Shown: piece after piece, positions 50,721 to 62,393 of the stretch
Numbering within the stretch: position 1 is the stretch's first letter
Layout of the letters: each line of letters opens with the position of its first letter
Assembly: GCA_009602725.1 (NCBI GenBank)
Contig: WELB01000028.1
Span: 585,972-649,971, forward strand
Reading direction: 5' to 3'
Origin: Spirogloea muscicola
Lineage: Eukaryota
Length of the DNA stretch: 64,000 bases
Translations under genes and position numbers: made by a program
The notes under the pieces: model-generated
What the model was told of the DNA's origin: nothing
The model's input: the letters and a program-made list of their open reading frames with translations, nothing else
The model's database searches: none

Positions 50721-52300
50721 TTACTCGGTGGCACCGATTGCCTTAGGAAATGTCAACCCAGCACCAGATGCTCCGAGATTCTGGAGCATCTCAACAACGT
50801 CAATCATTGTTGGCCTTTGTTTTGGGATATTGGAGCAGCAAAATAGCCCCGCTTTCAAGGCGCCCCGTATTTCGTCCATTTTCTGGGGGACGAACGGAGC
50901 TAGCGCCATATCAACGCACTCCAATGGCTTCTTGTGATTAAGGCAGGATCGCACCCACAAACTTAAGCTGCCACCAGTTGCAACCTCCGTCTGAAAGAAA
51001 GGGTCAAGAGGCCGTTTGCCAGTGACAGTCTCCAGCAGCATCACTCCAAAACTGAAGACATCGCTGTACTCAGTCAGTTGGCCTAGGGCGCAGTCTGGAG
51101 CGAGATACCCGATTGTGCCTGCCCATGTGCACCACCGTGACGTCATGAATTGCAGGAAAGATGACCCATGATCATTGCGAGGCAGTCTGAGGTGCCTCTA
51201 TCAGCATGTATCAACACATCCATCTTGCACGATGCCAGAGAGCCTACAACACAGCTCAACGGACATTGAAGGGCATATAAAATTTACCTGCAGCCATGGT
51301 TGAAACGTGCGTTTCATGTGCCAGAAAGACTCTTGCAAGCCCAAAATCCGCCACATAACTTGACCATGTTCATCCAACAAGGTATTGTTTGGCTTGACGT
51401 CCCTATGCAGCACACGAGGACTGCACTCATGATGCAGGTACTTAAGCCCAACTGCTGCACCCAATATGACCTTCATCCGTGCAGCCCAGTGATCAAATCC
51501 TTTGGGCTTTGGAGGCACGCCCTTTCCCCCGTGCACCAATTGGTCAAGACTTCCGCCAGGCAAGAAAGGATAGATGAGGAGCATGCCCGCTTGGCTGTCC
51601 CTGGGGATGTACCAGCCCTGTAGCGGGACCAAATTGCGATGTCTGATGCGACTCAGTGTCTCCACCTCAGCTTTCACCGATCTCAATCCTTGCCTGCTGT
51701 CTCCTGCCAGCCTCTTCACTGCATACTTTTGGCCATTCTTCATCTGCGCACTGCTCAGCATCTCCGTCTAAATATATTTGCAAGTTTGTATGAACCATAA
51801 TTCAAGGAGAGGCCTGGACAATCAGCACCAAGGAAAGCACACCACTTGCAAGTAGGGCAACTTACTTACCCGTAGACTTTCCAAAGCCCCCATGGCCAAC
51901 TATAAAATCTTCATTGAAGTACTCAGTTGCATCCATGAGCTCCTCGAAGGTGAAGGGAGCTTGGAGCCTATCCTGCGTGATGGACATCTCGGAGCAGAAG
52001 TGCTCAAAGCTCCGCTTGTCTGGCATAGCCTTGTCCTTATTCTTCTTCCAAGCTAAGCAGCACAGCAGGAAAAGTCCCAGCAACAGGAGAAGGACAAGAG
52101 CTCCAACAACAATGCCAGCAATCGCCCCCCTGATAAGCTCGACGATTTGTGATCTGGAGGTGGTGGGGGAGCTGTCTCGCAGGCCGCATAAGGGCCGCCA
52201 CATAAGTCGGCCTTGCCAGAATAGGAGCTGCTGTTGTAATGAACAATAAGAATGGCTGGAATATGCCCACTGAGGTTGTTATTGGAGATGTTAAAGAAAG
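50721..52300 (-). pseudogene. LRR-RLK pseudogene (last LRR, TM, kinase), inverted partner of 52428-54525
   Basis: GAIAGIVVGALVLLLL; FTFEELMDATEYF…GHGGFG; YAVKRL…RHRNLVPLQGWY…[27 protein letters not shown]…SDVFSFGVMLLETVTGKRP…RPTMIDVVEML. Frameshifts; 5' half absent. Confidence 0.85.
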
Positions 52301-52427
52301 GTAAGAATCCCAGATTTGCCGGAATGCATGCCCTAGCTTTCCCTCAACAAGGAAGGCAAATGTCAGCAGATACATGGATTGCAAACAATCTACAAAGTCT
52401 TAGCGGCTCACTCAAAGTTACTGGCAG

Positions 52428-54525
52428 GTTAAGTGGTCAACTGTTGTCCCAGTTGGGAAGACTTGTGCTGCTCACACAGCTCCGGTTGGCTGGGAACAAC
52501 CTCTGTGAACCCATTCCGCCAACCTATTCCGCTTTGAGTAAATTGCAAGTGCTGATAATGGACAACAACATCTTTTCTGGCCCATTTCCAGAGTGGCTTG
52601 GCATACTGAGCAGTGCAGTGATCATATCTCTGAGTCACAATAACTTGACTGGAGGTGTACCTGCAATTATTCATAAGCTGCAGAATCTTGGAAAATTTGA
52701 CATCTCAGACAATCGCCTAACAGGCAGCTTCCCCCCGGATATTGGAGCTTTAAGCAAGCTCATTTTTTTTGAGCTGCAAATAACTTATTCAGTGGGCCCA
52801 TACCAGAGGACATTGGCAATCTGCTGAATCTGGCCTATCTCGACCTTTCAAACAATGAACTCATGGGCAGCATCCCGGCGTCCTTTGCGTACATCAATCT
52901 CAATGACCTTTACGACATCTCTAACAATAACCTGATTGGGCCCATTCCTGGTGGTCGGCTTGATCGTTACAACAGCAGCTCTTTTTCTGGTGATGCGGAT
53001 TTATGTGGCGGCCCTTATTTGCCCTGCGAACAGAATTACGCTCCGCTGCCGCTGCACCCTAAAGGCTTTACCGGGTGGGCAGTTGCCAGCATTGTTATTG
53101 GGGCTGTTGTTGCCTTTTCCTCCTGTTCCTTGGACTGCCTTTGCTGCGTTGTCTAGCTCGGAGGAATGACAAGACTATGACAGACAAGGAGCGGAGCACT
53201 CAGAGCTTCTGCTCCAAGATGTCCAGTACTAAAGATAGACTTTAAGCTCCCTTCACCCTTGAGGAGCTCATGAATCCAACCGAGAACTTCAAGGACGTTC
53301 ACATAGTTGGCACAGGGGGCTTTAGAACAAGTCTATAGGTAAAGACGTGATGTAAATAGAATGTATGTTTGTATCATGACGCCCGCCCTGCTTGCAGGTG
53401 GTCTTCCGTGGTGCTTGCTGTCCCGGTGTCTTTCATGTTCTACAATCTGCAAAAGTGTCAAGCCACTGAGGATACAACATTGCTGAGCAGTGCAGTGCAG
53501 TGAGATAAAGGTCGAGCAAAAGTATGCAGTGAAGAGGCTAGCGCCAGACAGCAAGCAAGGCCTGAGAGAGGTGCAAGCTGAGGTGGAGACACTGAATCGC
53601 ATTCATCACCGCAATCTGGTCACGCTACGGGGCTGGTACATTCCCAAGGACACTGACGTGGACGTGCTGCTCATCTATCCATTCTTGCCTGGCGGAAATC
53701 TTGAACAATTGGTGCACGGGGGAACGGGCGTGCATGCAAAGTCAGAGGAAATTGATCACTGGTCTGCACGGGTGAAGGTCATGCTGAGTGCAGCGGTTGG
53801 GTTGAAGTACCTGCATCTTGAGTGCAAACGTCGGGTGGTACATAGGGACATAAAGCCAAGCAACATCTAGTTGGATGAGCATGGTCAAGGGTATTTGACA
53901 GATTTTGGGCTTGCACGGACTCTGCAGACGCATGACGCACGTGTCAACCGTGGCTGCAGGTGACTCGTCCAAACACTCGTGTCTACGTGTGTTATGTCAT
54001 AGGCCTCTCTGGCATCCTGCAGAAGGACGAGCTTTTCATCAGATGTGTTGCAACCTGCTGCTTGCGGCACCCCAGAAGGTCTCGCAATGTATAGGAGTCA
54101 TCTTGCCTGCAACTTGTGAATACTACTCCATGACTGATGCACATCTGCAGGCACGATTGGATACCTAGCTCCAGCCTACGCTGAGCTGGGCCAGTTGACT
54201 GAAAGCAGCGATGTCTTCAGTTTTAGAATCATGCTTCTGGAGTGTCATTGGCAAACGGCCTGTTGACCCTTTCTTTCAGAGTGACAATGTGACCGGGGGC
54301 AACTTGACTAGCTGGGTGCGGTGCCTTTGCAAGCAGAAGCCTTCGGAGTGAGCTGATATGGCGCTAGCGCTATTCGTGCGCCAAAAAGTGGATAAAATGG
54401 AGGGAGCCTTTAAAGCAGGGCTTCTGTGCTGCTCTAGCACTCCAATCCGCAGGCCAACAATGGGTGACAGTGTTGAAATGCTTCAGAACCTCCAAGCATT
54501 TGTGCTGGGTTGACGTTTCCTAAGT
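52428..54525 (+). pseudogene. LRR-RLK pseudogene (LRRs, TM, kinase)
   Basis: LRRs (NNLTGGVP, NRLTGSFP, NNLIGPIPG); GWAVASIVIGAVV; YAVKRL…HHRNLVTLRGWY…[23 protein letters not shown]. In-frame stops and frameshifts. Confidence 0.85.
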
Positions 54526-55539
54526 GAGTCACGGCCTTCCAATGATTCAGTTTTGATGACTTAGTGGACGTTTCTCTCATGGGGCTGAAAGCCTTGGCAG
54601 TAGCAATGCCTCGTACGGACCACCTGGAGGTGGCGGTCTGATGCTGCAGAGTTGGTGCAATAAAGGCAAACCTCGGGTGTTTGTTGGTGCGTTGCCCCTG
54701 GCTGTGCTGGCCCTGCTGGCCGTGTTGTTGGAGATGCAGAACGACATAGCAAGACGCAGAATGTGCAAAGCACAAAGACTCAAGAGAAGGGGTGATAGAC
54801 GGAAGCAAGATTGAATAGTGTGAGCCTAAAGTTGAGAGAGGTGACAGAGAAAATGGAGGAGATGGAGAGGGATGGGAGATAGGGGGAGAGTGAGACCGAC
54901 GGAGTCAAGACAAGAGAACAACCAGCTCTCTGGGCTCGGCAGCATCTCATCGGTGTCTAAGTAAGTAGCAACAATGCCAGTGCATCACACTCGTGTCATG
55001 CCCAGTCCGTAGCAGTGGCTCCAACAGGTAAAATCCGGCATACAGTTGTGGTCATCATAATTGCAACAGCAATCTGTTAACACTTTACGCCAAACGCTTG
55101 TAATTGATCGATGGTGTATGAAGAGAAAAGGCAAGAAGCAATCTAGTGGAGATCCATAAGGAGATGGAAAAATAATGCGAGAAACCATTGGGTGCGCATG
55201 CTACTCGCTGTCTGGGTCTCTGCAGAGGAGACCAAGAGACTGTCGGCTACCTTGGTAGTGGTGTGGGCGAGGCAAGGGCTGCTGGTGGTCAGGATCATTA
55301 TCAGAGCCGTGGCAGAAGGCCCTGCCAAGGTGTCTCAGCACAGGCTGGCTCTTCTGTGGAGCCCGTCTCATTCGTTCGTTGCCGTGCTTTCTGTACGTTC
55401 TCGGTTTGTGAGCGGCAAAAAGTGTTGTTAATGCTTACATGGTATTTGAATAGTTGTGGGAACGTTCCCCAGAACTTACCCAGGTCTTTTTGGCCGTGAG
55501 CCCCATGCCGGACGGTACGTGCTGTTGGCGGCTATTCGT

Positions 55540-55800
55540 AAGTGCCCTGTTGAGGCTAAACGAATCCCCATGTCCGTAAGTATTACCGTCACTTCGTTGG
55601 AGCTCAGGCGATGGTTGGAGCTCAGGCGATGGAGAAGTGGCGCTCTTGGAGGGAGTGCCGCGCTCCTTCCTCGCCTTCTTGCCTACGGCAAAGACGGCCT
55701 TCTTGCCCATGGCCGTGACGGCGGCCGGCTCCGGAAAGAAGCAGGCCGGCAGCAACTCAAGGAAGGTGGCGTGGGTGCTGGCAAGAAAGGAGGAGCAGTG
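55540..55800 (-). repeat. Dispersed repeat, copy 2 (MGKKA…RKERGTPSKSA ORF start)
   Basis: Matches 40800-41030, with extra internal short tandem duplications. Confidence 0.75.
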
Positions 55801-55859
55801 GGCGAAAGGATCTCGGTGGCCCCTGTTGGAGTCAGTGAGCTTATGCCCACTGACCCCCT

Positions 55860-56127
55860 CTTACCGGATGCGCCTGGCCGTCTCTTTGCAGCGGTCCCTA
55901 GCTTTTGCGGTCCACTTGCGCGCAGGCCGCGCTCTGGCGGCGGCCTCCGGCTTCCGTCAGGGCGACGTCTTTCCGCCTGCTAGCTACTCAGATTTGCATC
56001 TACTGACGAGAGGTTACTGAGAGTTCGCTTACTGCTGTCTCATCCTTAGCACTCCGACTCCTTCAGACCTTGTCCATTCTTTTGGGCTGGCCTCTCCCAG
56101 CCACCAGTTAATCTGGCCGCGCTTGCC
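55860..56127 (+). mobile_element. CRE 3' end fragment
   Basis: YRMRLAVSLQRSLAFAVHLRAGRALAAASGFRQGDVFPPASYSDLHLLTRGY* plus a 3'UTR ending gcgcttgc. Confidence 0.88.
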
Positions 56128-56543
56128 CTCTTCATGGATAGAAAGATTGCAAATTACACGGAGCACCGTGGCCCCGGCGGGTCAACCCGCCGGAGGCCCG
56201 AGAAGGCCGGCTGCAGAGCCGGCCCGAAAGGTGTCCGTTGAGCAGTGAGTCCGCACGTGTGATTTTCAAATTCACAGGTGTGATCTGCGTATGTGTCACC
56301 CCGATGGTCCGGGCAAGCCGCCCTGGAAGCGACAGGCGCTTCCCTAAGAGGGACACTCAACTAACATAGAGAATACATAAAAGGAGCTAATGCCTATATT
56401 CTAACAGTACGCGTCGCCCTGGCACTCGTGCTGCTGTCGTTCGGTCCAGGCTCTTCCGGGTGGCCTCGCATGCTCGCCTCGGCCATGCTTGGCGGCATGC
56501 TCTGCCGCGGTCATGCTCGGCGCCATGGCGCCTGCTGGAGACA

Positions 56544-57833
56544 TGTCGTGCGATCTCTCGTCGGTGGCTCATTGGTGTCGGTGCTGACGAGGATGCAAAA
56601 GTGGCCGCTCACGTGGATATCCGAGGGTGCGTCACTCCTCAATCTGGTGTGAAGGTGGGTTCGCGAGCGCGGCATCTCCAACCCGCTTCGGTCAGAAAAG
56701 ATACGTTTCAATCCGGCTCGGCGTCGGAGCATCATCCGAATGCAGCATCAGCGCCTCGCCAATCAAGGTGCATAGGCTCATCGAAGAAAAAGAAGAAAGT
56801 GCATCCGGCGCCCGTGGTCAATCAGTACCTCGGCGTGCAGAGCATTGCCCTCTTGCCACCTGCACCACACAAAGCCCCTGATTTATTAGGCCGAGAAAGC
56901 TCACAAAAGCATGTCGAAGGCGTGATATGCCTTGGTGAGACATGAGGAAGCGGCTGGGCAGTGGTAGGGAAATGGTAGGTAGTGGTAGAGGCGAGTCTCA
57001 GGATACACTTGCTTTGAGGCCGGGGGACCCAAACGGGCCAAATGGCCCACCCCGAGGAACAATGTCATTCTATATCTGACCAAGCATAAAGGGTGTTGCG
57101 GCTGCTGATATTAGAAGAGCGGCTGTGAAAGCCAGCCAGATGCATACAGGTGTTCATGACGGAGCCACAGGCTAGGCAGCCAGGGCGCTCTTAGTAACCC
57201 CGTGTCAGCAGTAGGAAGTCAGGTGAGCTGAGGGGAGGAAGAACAACCCCGCTGCGCAAGCCAGAGGCTGCTGCAAGGGCACGACCAGCGCGGCGATGCA
57301 AAGCAAGCGCTTGGGAACGCTGTAGCGACATAGACAAACGCATACGGTAGCAGGACACAGGACACAAGACCCAAAGGCACCGAGCCACCGGGAAGGGCTG
57401 CACCCTGTACCCGGCGCCGCTGGTCAGCTTGAGATGCCAGCAGCGAAAGTGACGAGGACCACCGACCCCCGTAACACCCGTGGATGTCCATGGCCAGTGG
57501 GTAAAAGGTATCACCCGCCGGGTGGTCCTTGTACTTGTGCAACTTCTTCTGTTCGGTCACCTTCACGGCATAGCCGGTCTCAGAAGTTACGGGGCCAAAG
57601 GGTGTGGAGGGCCGGGAGCCAAGCTATTCGTTCGGCTCAGTCTCTCCCTTGGCTGTTGCCAACCTGTGCCGCCGCCGCTGCCGCTGCCGCTGCTGCTGCT
57701 GCTGCTGCTGCCCAGTAAGCGTAGCGCGCGCGTCCAGGGCCACGCCAGGCTTGGGCACAGGCACAGGACGCAAACCCGCAGAGAGCCTTACCCCGAGGAG
57801 CCCCGCATCCATTCGCGTCAGACCGGGCACGCA
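56544..57833 (+). repeat. 5' LTR of the DNMT element (interrupted by a CRE insertion)
   Basis: Starts TGTCGTGC, ends GCACGCA, followed by ct-TGGTAAGCCGC. The boundaries are shared with the copy at 10779-12658. Confidence 0.75.
57097..57596 (-). mobile_element. 5'-truncated CRE insertion in the LTR, 9-bp TSD AAAGGGTGT
   Basis: KKLHKYKDHPAGDTFYPLAMDIHG…RMRLSMSLQRSQALALHRRAG…LLTRGY*. TSD at 57088-57096 and 57597-57605; the empty site is at about 11005-11025. Confidence 0.88.
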
Positions 57834-60800
57834 CTTGGTAAGCCGCCATTGATCCGTGGTTACTGTTCCGATTATCGATTTGTTACTGTTCTTCTGAAAC
57901 CCTCTCTGAGGGTACTCTGTTCTGATACTGTTCACAAAGGAAGCCCTCTCTGAGGGTACCATTGGCTCGTTCCAGTCTCTTGTTCACATACTTTGCTTGT
58001 GACTTGTCCTTCGACCTATTTACTGAGCCGAGCGTACTGCGGTGGACAAGTCACATCTGTGCTTAGTGCATGGACTTGAGGTCAGGACGTGTGCTAGACT
58101 CCGCCAGTGACCTTTCAGGTACTGCTCCTGTGGTGGCTACTGATCCATCAGCTATTGTTCCTGTGGCCACTGAGTGTGTCACAGAACCTTCCGAGGTAGG
58201 GCATCCTCTGAGGAGTCATGTTGTCAACATGTCTCAAGGAGAGCAGCCACCGAAGCCACGGTATCAAGGTACTCCCGGAGGCGCCTCCTTAGCCGAGGTC
58301 AGGAGTAACTATGATGCGGAACTTTGTCGTTGGAAATGCAGGGATGCACGATCAGCAGAAAAGCTGCCATGACCTTGCTTAGTCCACACATGTCTATGGA
58401 AGCCAGCGATGTTTACAGAAATTTGAAAAAATCCATCCTGGCACAGACCAAGCCGATCGTTGCTGATGCGTCTCCAGCAGAGAGAGCATTAGGTCCGCAG
58501 CTGATAGATGATCCCGTCGATGGAATCTTCAAGCGTCTCGCCCAGCAATTTCCTGTTTAATACTACAACGTATAAGCAGGAGCAGAAGTTTGATTGTAAG
58601 CAGGATAAGTCAGGATGGAATCTTTCAAATATCTGTGAACATCGCCGGCATACACATACATGGACTAAGCAAGGTCATGGCAGCGTTTCTGCCGATCGTG
58701 CATCCCTGCATTTCCAATCGACACTTTTACGCGTCATAGTTATTCCTGACCTCGGCTAAAGAGGCGCCTCCAGGAGTACCTTGATACCATGGCTTCGGTG
58801 GCTGCTCTCCTTGAGACATGTTGACAACCCGACTTCTCAGAGGAGTGCCCTACCTCGGAGGGCTCTGTGACACACTCAGTGGCCACAGGAACAATGATGG
58901 ATCAGTACTGTTCTATTTATTGATCCGTTACTGTTTCTTTTAAAACGCTCTCTGAGGGTACCCCGTTCTGTTCGCAAGGAAAACCCTCTCTGAGGGTACT
59001 ATTTGGCTCGTTCCTGTCTCTTGATCACATACTTTGCTTGTGACGTGTCCTTCGACTTGTTTTACTAGGCCGAACGAACTCTTGTGGACAAGTTGCAATT
59101 GTGCTTAGTGTATGGACTCGAGGTCTGGACGTGTGCTAGACTCCTCCGGTGAACTGTCAGATACTGCTCCTGTGGTGGCTACTAATCCATCAGCAATTTT
59201 TCCTGTGGCCATTGAGTGTGTCACAGAGCCCTCCGAGGTAGGGCATCCTCTGAGGAGTCCGGTTGTCAACATGTCTCAAGGAGAGCAGCCACCGAAGCCA
59301 CGGTATCAAGGTACTCCCGGAGAACCGGAGGCGCCTCCTTAGCCGAGGTCAGGAGTGTCTACGATGCGGAAATTTGCTGGTTGGAAATGCAGGGATGCAC
59401 TATCAGCAGAAAAGCTGCCATGACCTTGCTTAGTCCATGTATGTGTATGGAAGCCGGCGATGTTTACAGAGAAAGATTCCATCCTTGCACAGACTAAGCC
59501 GGTCGTTGATGATGCTACTCCTGCTGAGAGAGCATTGGGTCCGCAGCTGATAGATGATCCCGTCGATGAAATGTTCAAGCGTCTCGCCCAGCAATCGCCT
59601 GTCAATACTACAACGTATAAGCAGGAGTTAAAGAAGTTTCATCGTAAGCAGGATGAGTCAGTCACTGTATGCTATTTCAGATTCCGTAAAATGACTGAGC
59701 AGTCAAAGACTGATATCAGTCAGAAGGAGTTAGCAGTACAATTCTTGCGTGGAATGGCGGGGAACTCTCCTGAGCAAATTCGAAATCTTCTCATGATGAG
59801 ACAACTACATTGAACAAGGAAGACTATGATCTTGAGGATGTCCATCAAGGTTTGGAGGACAAAGAAAAGGAAGATTTCACACTTCGCACCGTTGATGAAC
59901 GTTTTGTAGGCACCAGGACGCCTACAGGACCGAAGTCATCCTCTGATGATCTTATACTGGAAGGTACGAAGCGGGCTCATGGGGCAGCTTCTTCCATATA
60001 TTCAACCCGTCCAATTCTCGTGTGCAATGCATGTGGGAAAACCGGTCACATAAGAAGAGATTGCACTCGCCAACATCAGACAGTTGGTGCTATGTGCGGC
60101 TATTGTTCCAAACAAGGACATATAGAAAGTCAATGCTGACAAAAAGATCCCGCTAAGATGCCTGAGGCTCTGAGAGTGAAGCTAATATCTAAGAATCCTC
60201 CATATGACAGCAACAAGTCAAGAGGGTCACAACCTGATATAACGGAGCAAATGTCTCTACAGATTGTTGACCTAAGCAAACAATTGGCCATTGCTGAAGC
60301 ACAAACCAGGGCTATAGTGATCTCAACTGCAATGCCCGTTCAGATAATTCTGAGGAGGATGAGGACCATCCACCATTGTTGTCTTACTTTCAGGATCAAA
60401 TAGAGGCTGACAATAAGTATAATTCAACCCTCAAGCATTATCCTGCTGCGGTAGCCATGTCTGATTCTGGAGGTGCCCGCGATCCACTGAAACGTGGTTC
60501 AACCGATATACGGCATAAATCTAGGACAGGCACTGCAAGATATCCGGCCAGCTTTAAAGTTATTGATATTCCAGGCAGTGAGCTAACTCCACTTGTGGTG
60601 TCAAAGCCTAGCGTTCCTGCACAGACACTTCTTATGTTAGTATCTAATGAGTCGCTTCTGAAAAAGATACATACAGCTTCAGTTCAGCCTGAAGGACATT
60701 GATTCTCCTGAGGAAAGCATGATTGAAGTGATTTCCAACCGCAGCGTCATGGATACTAATGGCACGCATGGAAACATCGCAACTGACTCTGTATTGGCTG

Positions 60801-61819
60801 CGATCGCACTCACTAAGTCCGATAATGGTTTTGGTCCATGCAGACCTCCAAAAGGGAGAAGCGCTGAACAGGCTACAGTTGCCACGCTATACAACACCGA
60901 TGGTGTTGTGACGGTGGCTACCAAGCATCAACAAAGCCGGCTGCTGTTCTCCTGGATACAGGTGCTCAGCCCATTCTCATCAGTTATCGCTTTGCCAAAC
61001 ACTTAAGGTTGAGCGAAGAAGATATTAAAAGCAGTCTGGTAAAATTGAAGACAGCCACTGGTGGCTCCGACAGTGTGGTCGGCGTCACCAAGTAACCTCT
61101 TTGCATTCCTTTAATTTCTGAAGACTCTCAACAGCGCACGCTTTTCAGCTGTGTGCTTGATTACCAGAGCTATTACTGGTAATGTATTGCTCGGCACCGA
61201 GTTCTTGATTCCGTTGGGTTTTGGCATTGATTTTATGCTGAGGTGGCTTGGTATAGACCACAATGGAGGTCGTCCGGCACACATAAAGTGACACTGCCGC
61301 TGCTTAAGAATTGGGCGTTTACTGACATGCCAGTACATACCGGTACTCTCGACAGTAGCTCATCTTCAGAAGACAATGAAACTGCGACTGATGACGTTCA
61401 TTCTGGCCAATGCAGACAAGGGCAAGGCCACATTGCAGAAGGATGTTCCTCTTGTCCAATAACCGATTGTGCCTCCTCCAGCACCTCCACGTATGAAGCT
61501 GAACTTGACTACAAAGTGGAACTTGGCATCCACATCATCAAGCCAGTCAGCACCTCAACAGCCAATCGGCATCTACATTCCAATGCCCAATTTGGGTATG
61601 ACCTCCCTACAGTTACAAAATTTGGAGGTGGACAAGCAACGAACGCATCAAGGCCAGCCGTATGTGTTCCCCGTTGTTGCTCATTTTCGTGCTGCGGAAG
61701 CGTGGACAGCAAAGACTTTGACCACCCTCATACCGCCGCTTGTTTCCAATGCGGGGACGGAGGCTGTCGAAGACATGGGCAACTCTTTTTCAACGGTGTC
61801 ATCAACTGGACCTTACCTC

Positions 61820-62393
61820 CGGCAGGCATAGTGCTGGTTGAAGTATTTGGGGGTACAGCTAATGGACTACGCGCCGTTCTTCAGAGCCATATCCAAGTGG
61901 CTCGCTACATTTATGTGGACAGTAACCCTGAGGCTCGAGAGGCGGCAGCGCATCACCTTGACATTCTAAGACAGCAACACCCCAACCTCCTCACTCCTGC
62001 TACCAACCAATGGGACAGCCTACTGCCCCAGACATTCAAGAAGCTGCCAAGCCCGAATCACTCAGACGTTTGCCCATAGTGGACCTTCTCGTTGCTGGAT
62101 TCCCCTGTCAGGGATTTAGTGCTCTCGGTTCTGGCAGAGGCTTCAGGCAGCCCTCCATTGGAATATTCCTATCGCTGGTAAAAATCATGGACAACGTACG
62201 TGCCAGGCAGCTCCTCCCATTTGGGTGTTTTATCGAGAATGTAGAGCCCGGCGAGACCCACAAATTTGCCAGGTTTGACTTTCAGACAATCTGCGACATT
62301 CTGGGGCCCTACACAATACTGGACGCAGCAATTTTGGGATCGTTGGCTATCGCTAGAGAGTTCATTGGACCAACCTTGCCCCTGCTCAAATGA
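61820..62393 (+). pseudogene. Retrotransposon-borne C5-cytosine DNA methyltransferase domain (frameshifted)
   Basis: Motif I IVLVEVFGGTANG; motif II YIYVDSNPEAR; motif III DI; motif IV DLLVAGFPCQGFSALG (PC at 62103-62108); motif VI FIENV (62235-62243); motif VIII-like LDAAILGS…R*RVHWTNL after a frameshift. Confidence 0.88.

Larger units (their letters stand above)
56544..62393 (+). mobile_element. Degenerate Ty3/gypsy-like LTR retrotransposon carrying a C5 DNA methyltransferase (5' LTR - gag - protease - DNMT; RT/IN and 3' LTR absent)
   Basis: LTR 56544-57833 (TG…CA) and putative PBS at 57836. gag has two CCHC knuckles (CNACGKTGHIRRDC, CGYCSKQGHIESQC). Protease LLDTGAQ at 60949-60969 and VLLG at about 61184. 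DNMT motifs follow downstream. Confidence 0.85.

Noticed and set aside
61820..62393. Bacterial restriction-modification methylase or contamination
   Set aside because: It is embedded in an LTR-gag-protease element among intron-containing genes, and no cognate endonuclease is present.
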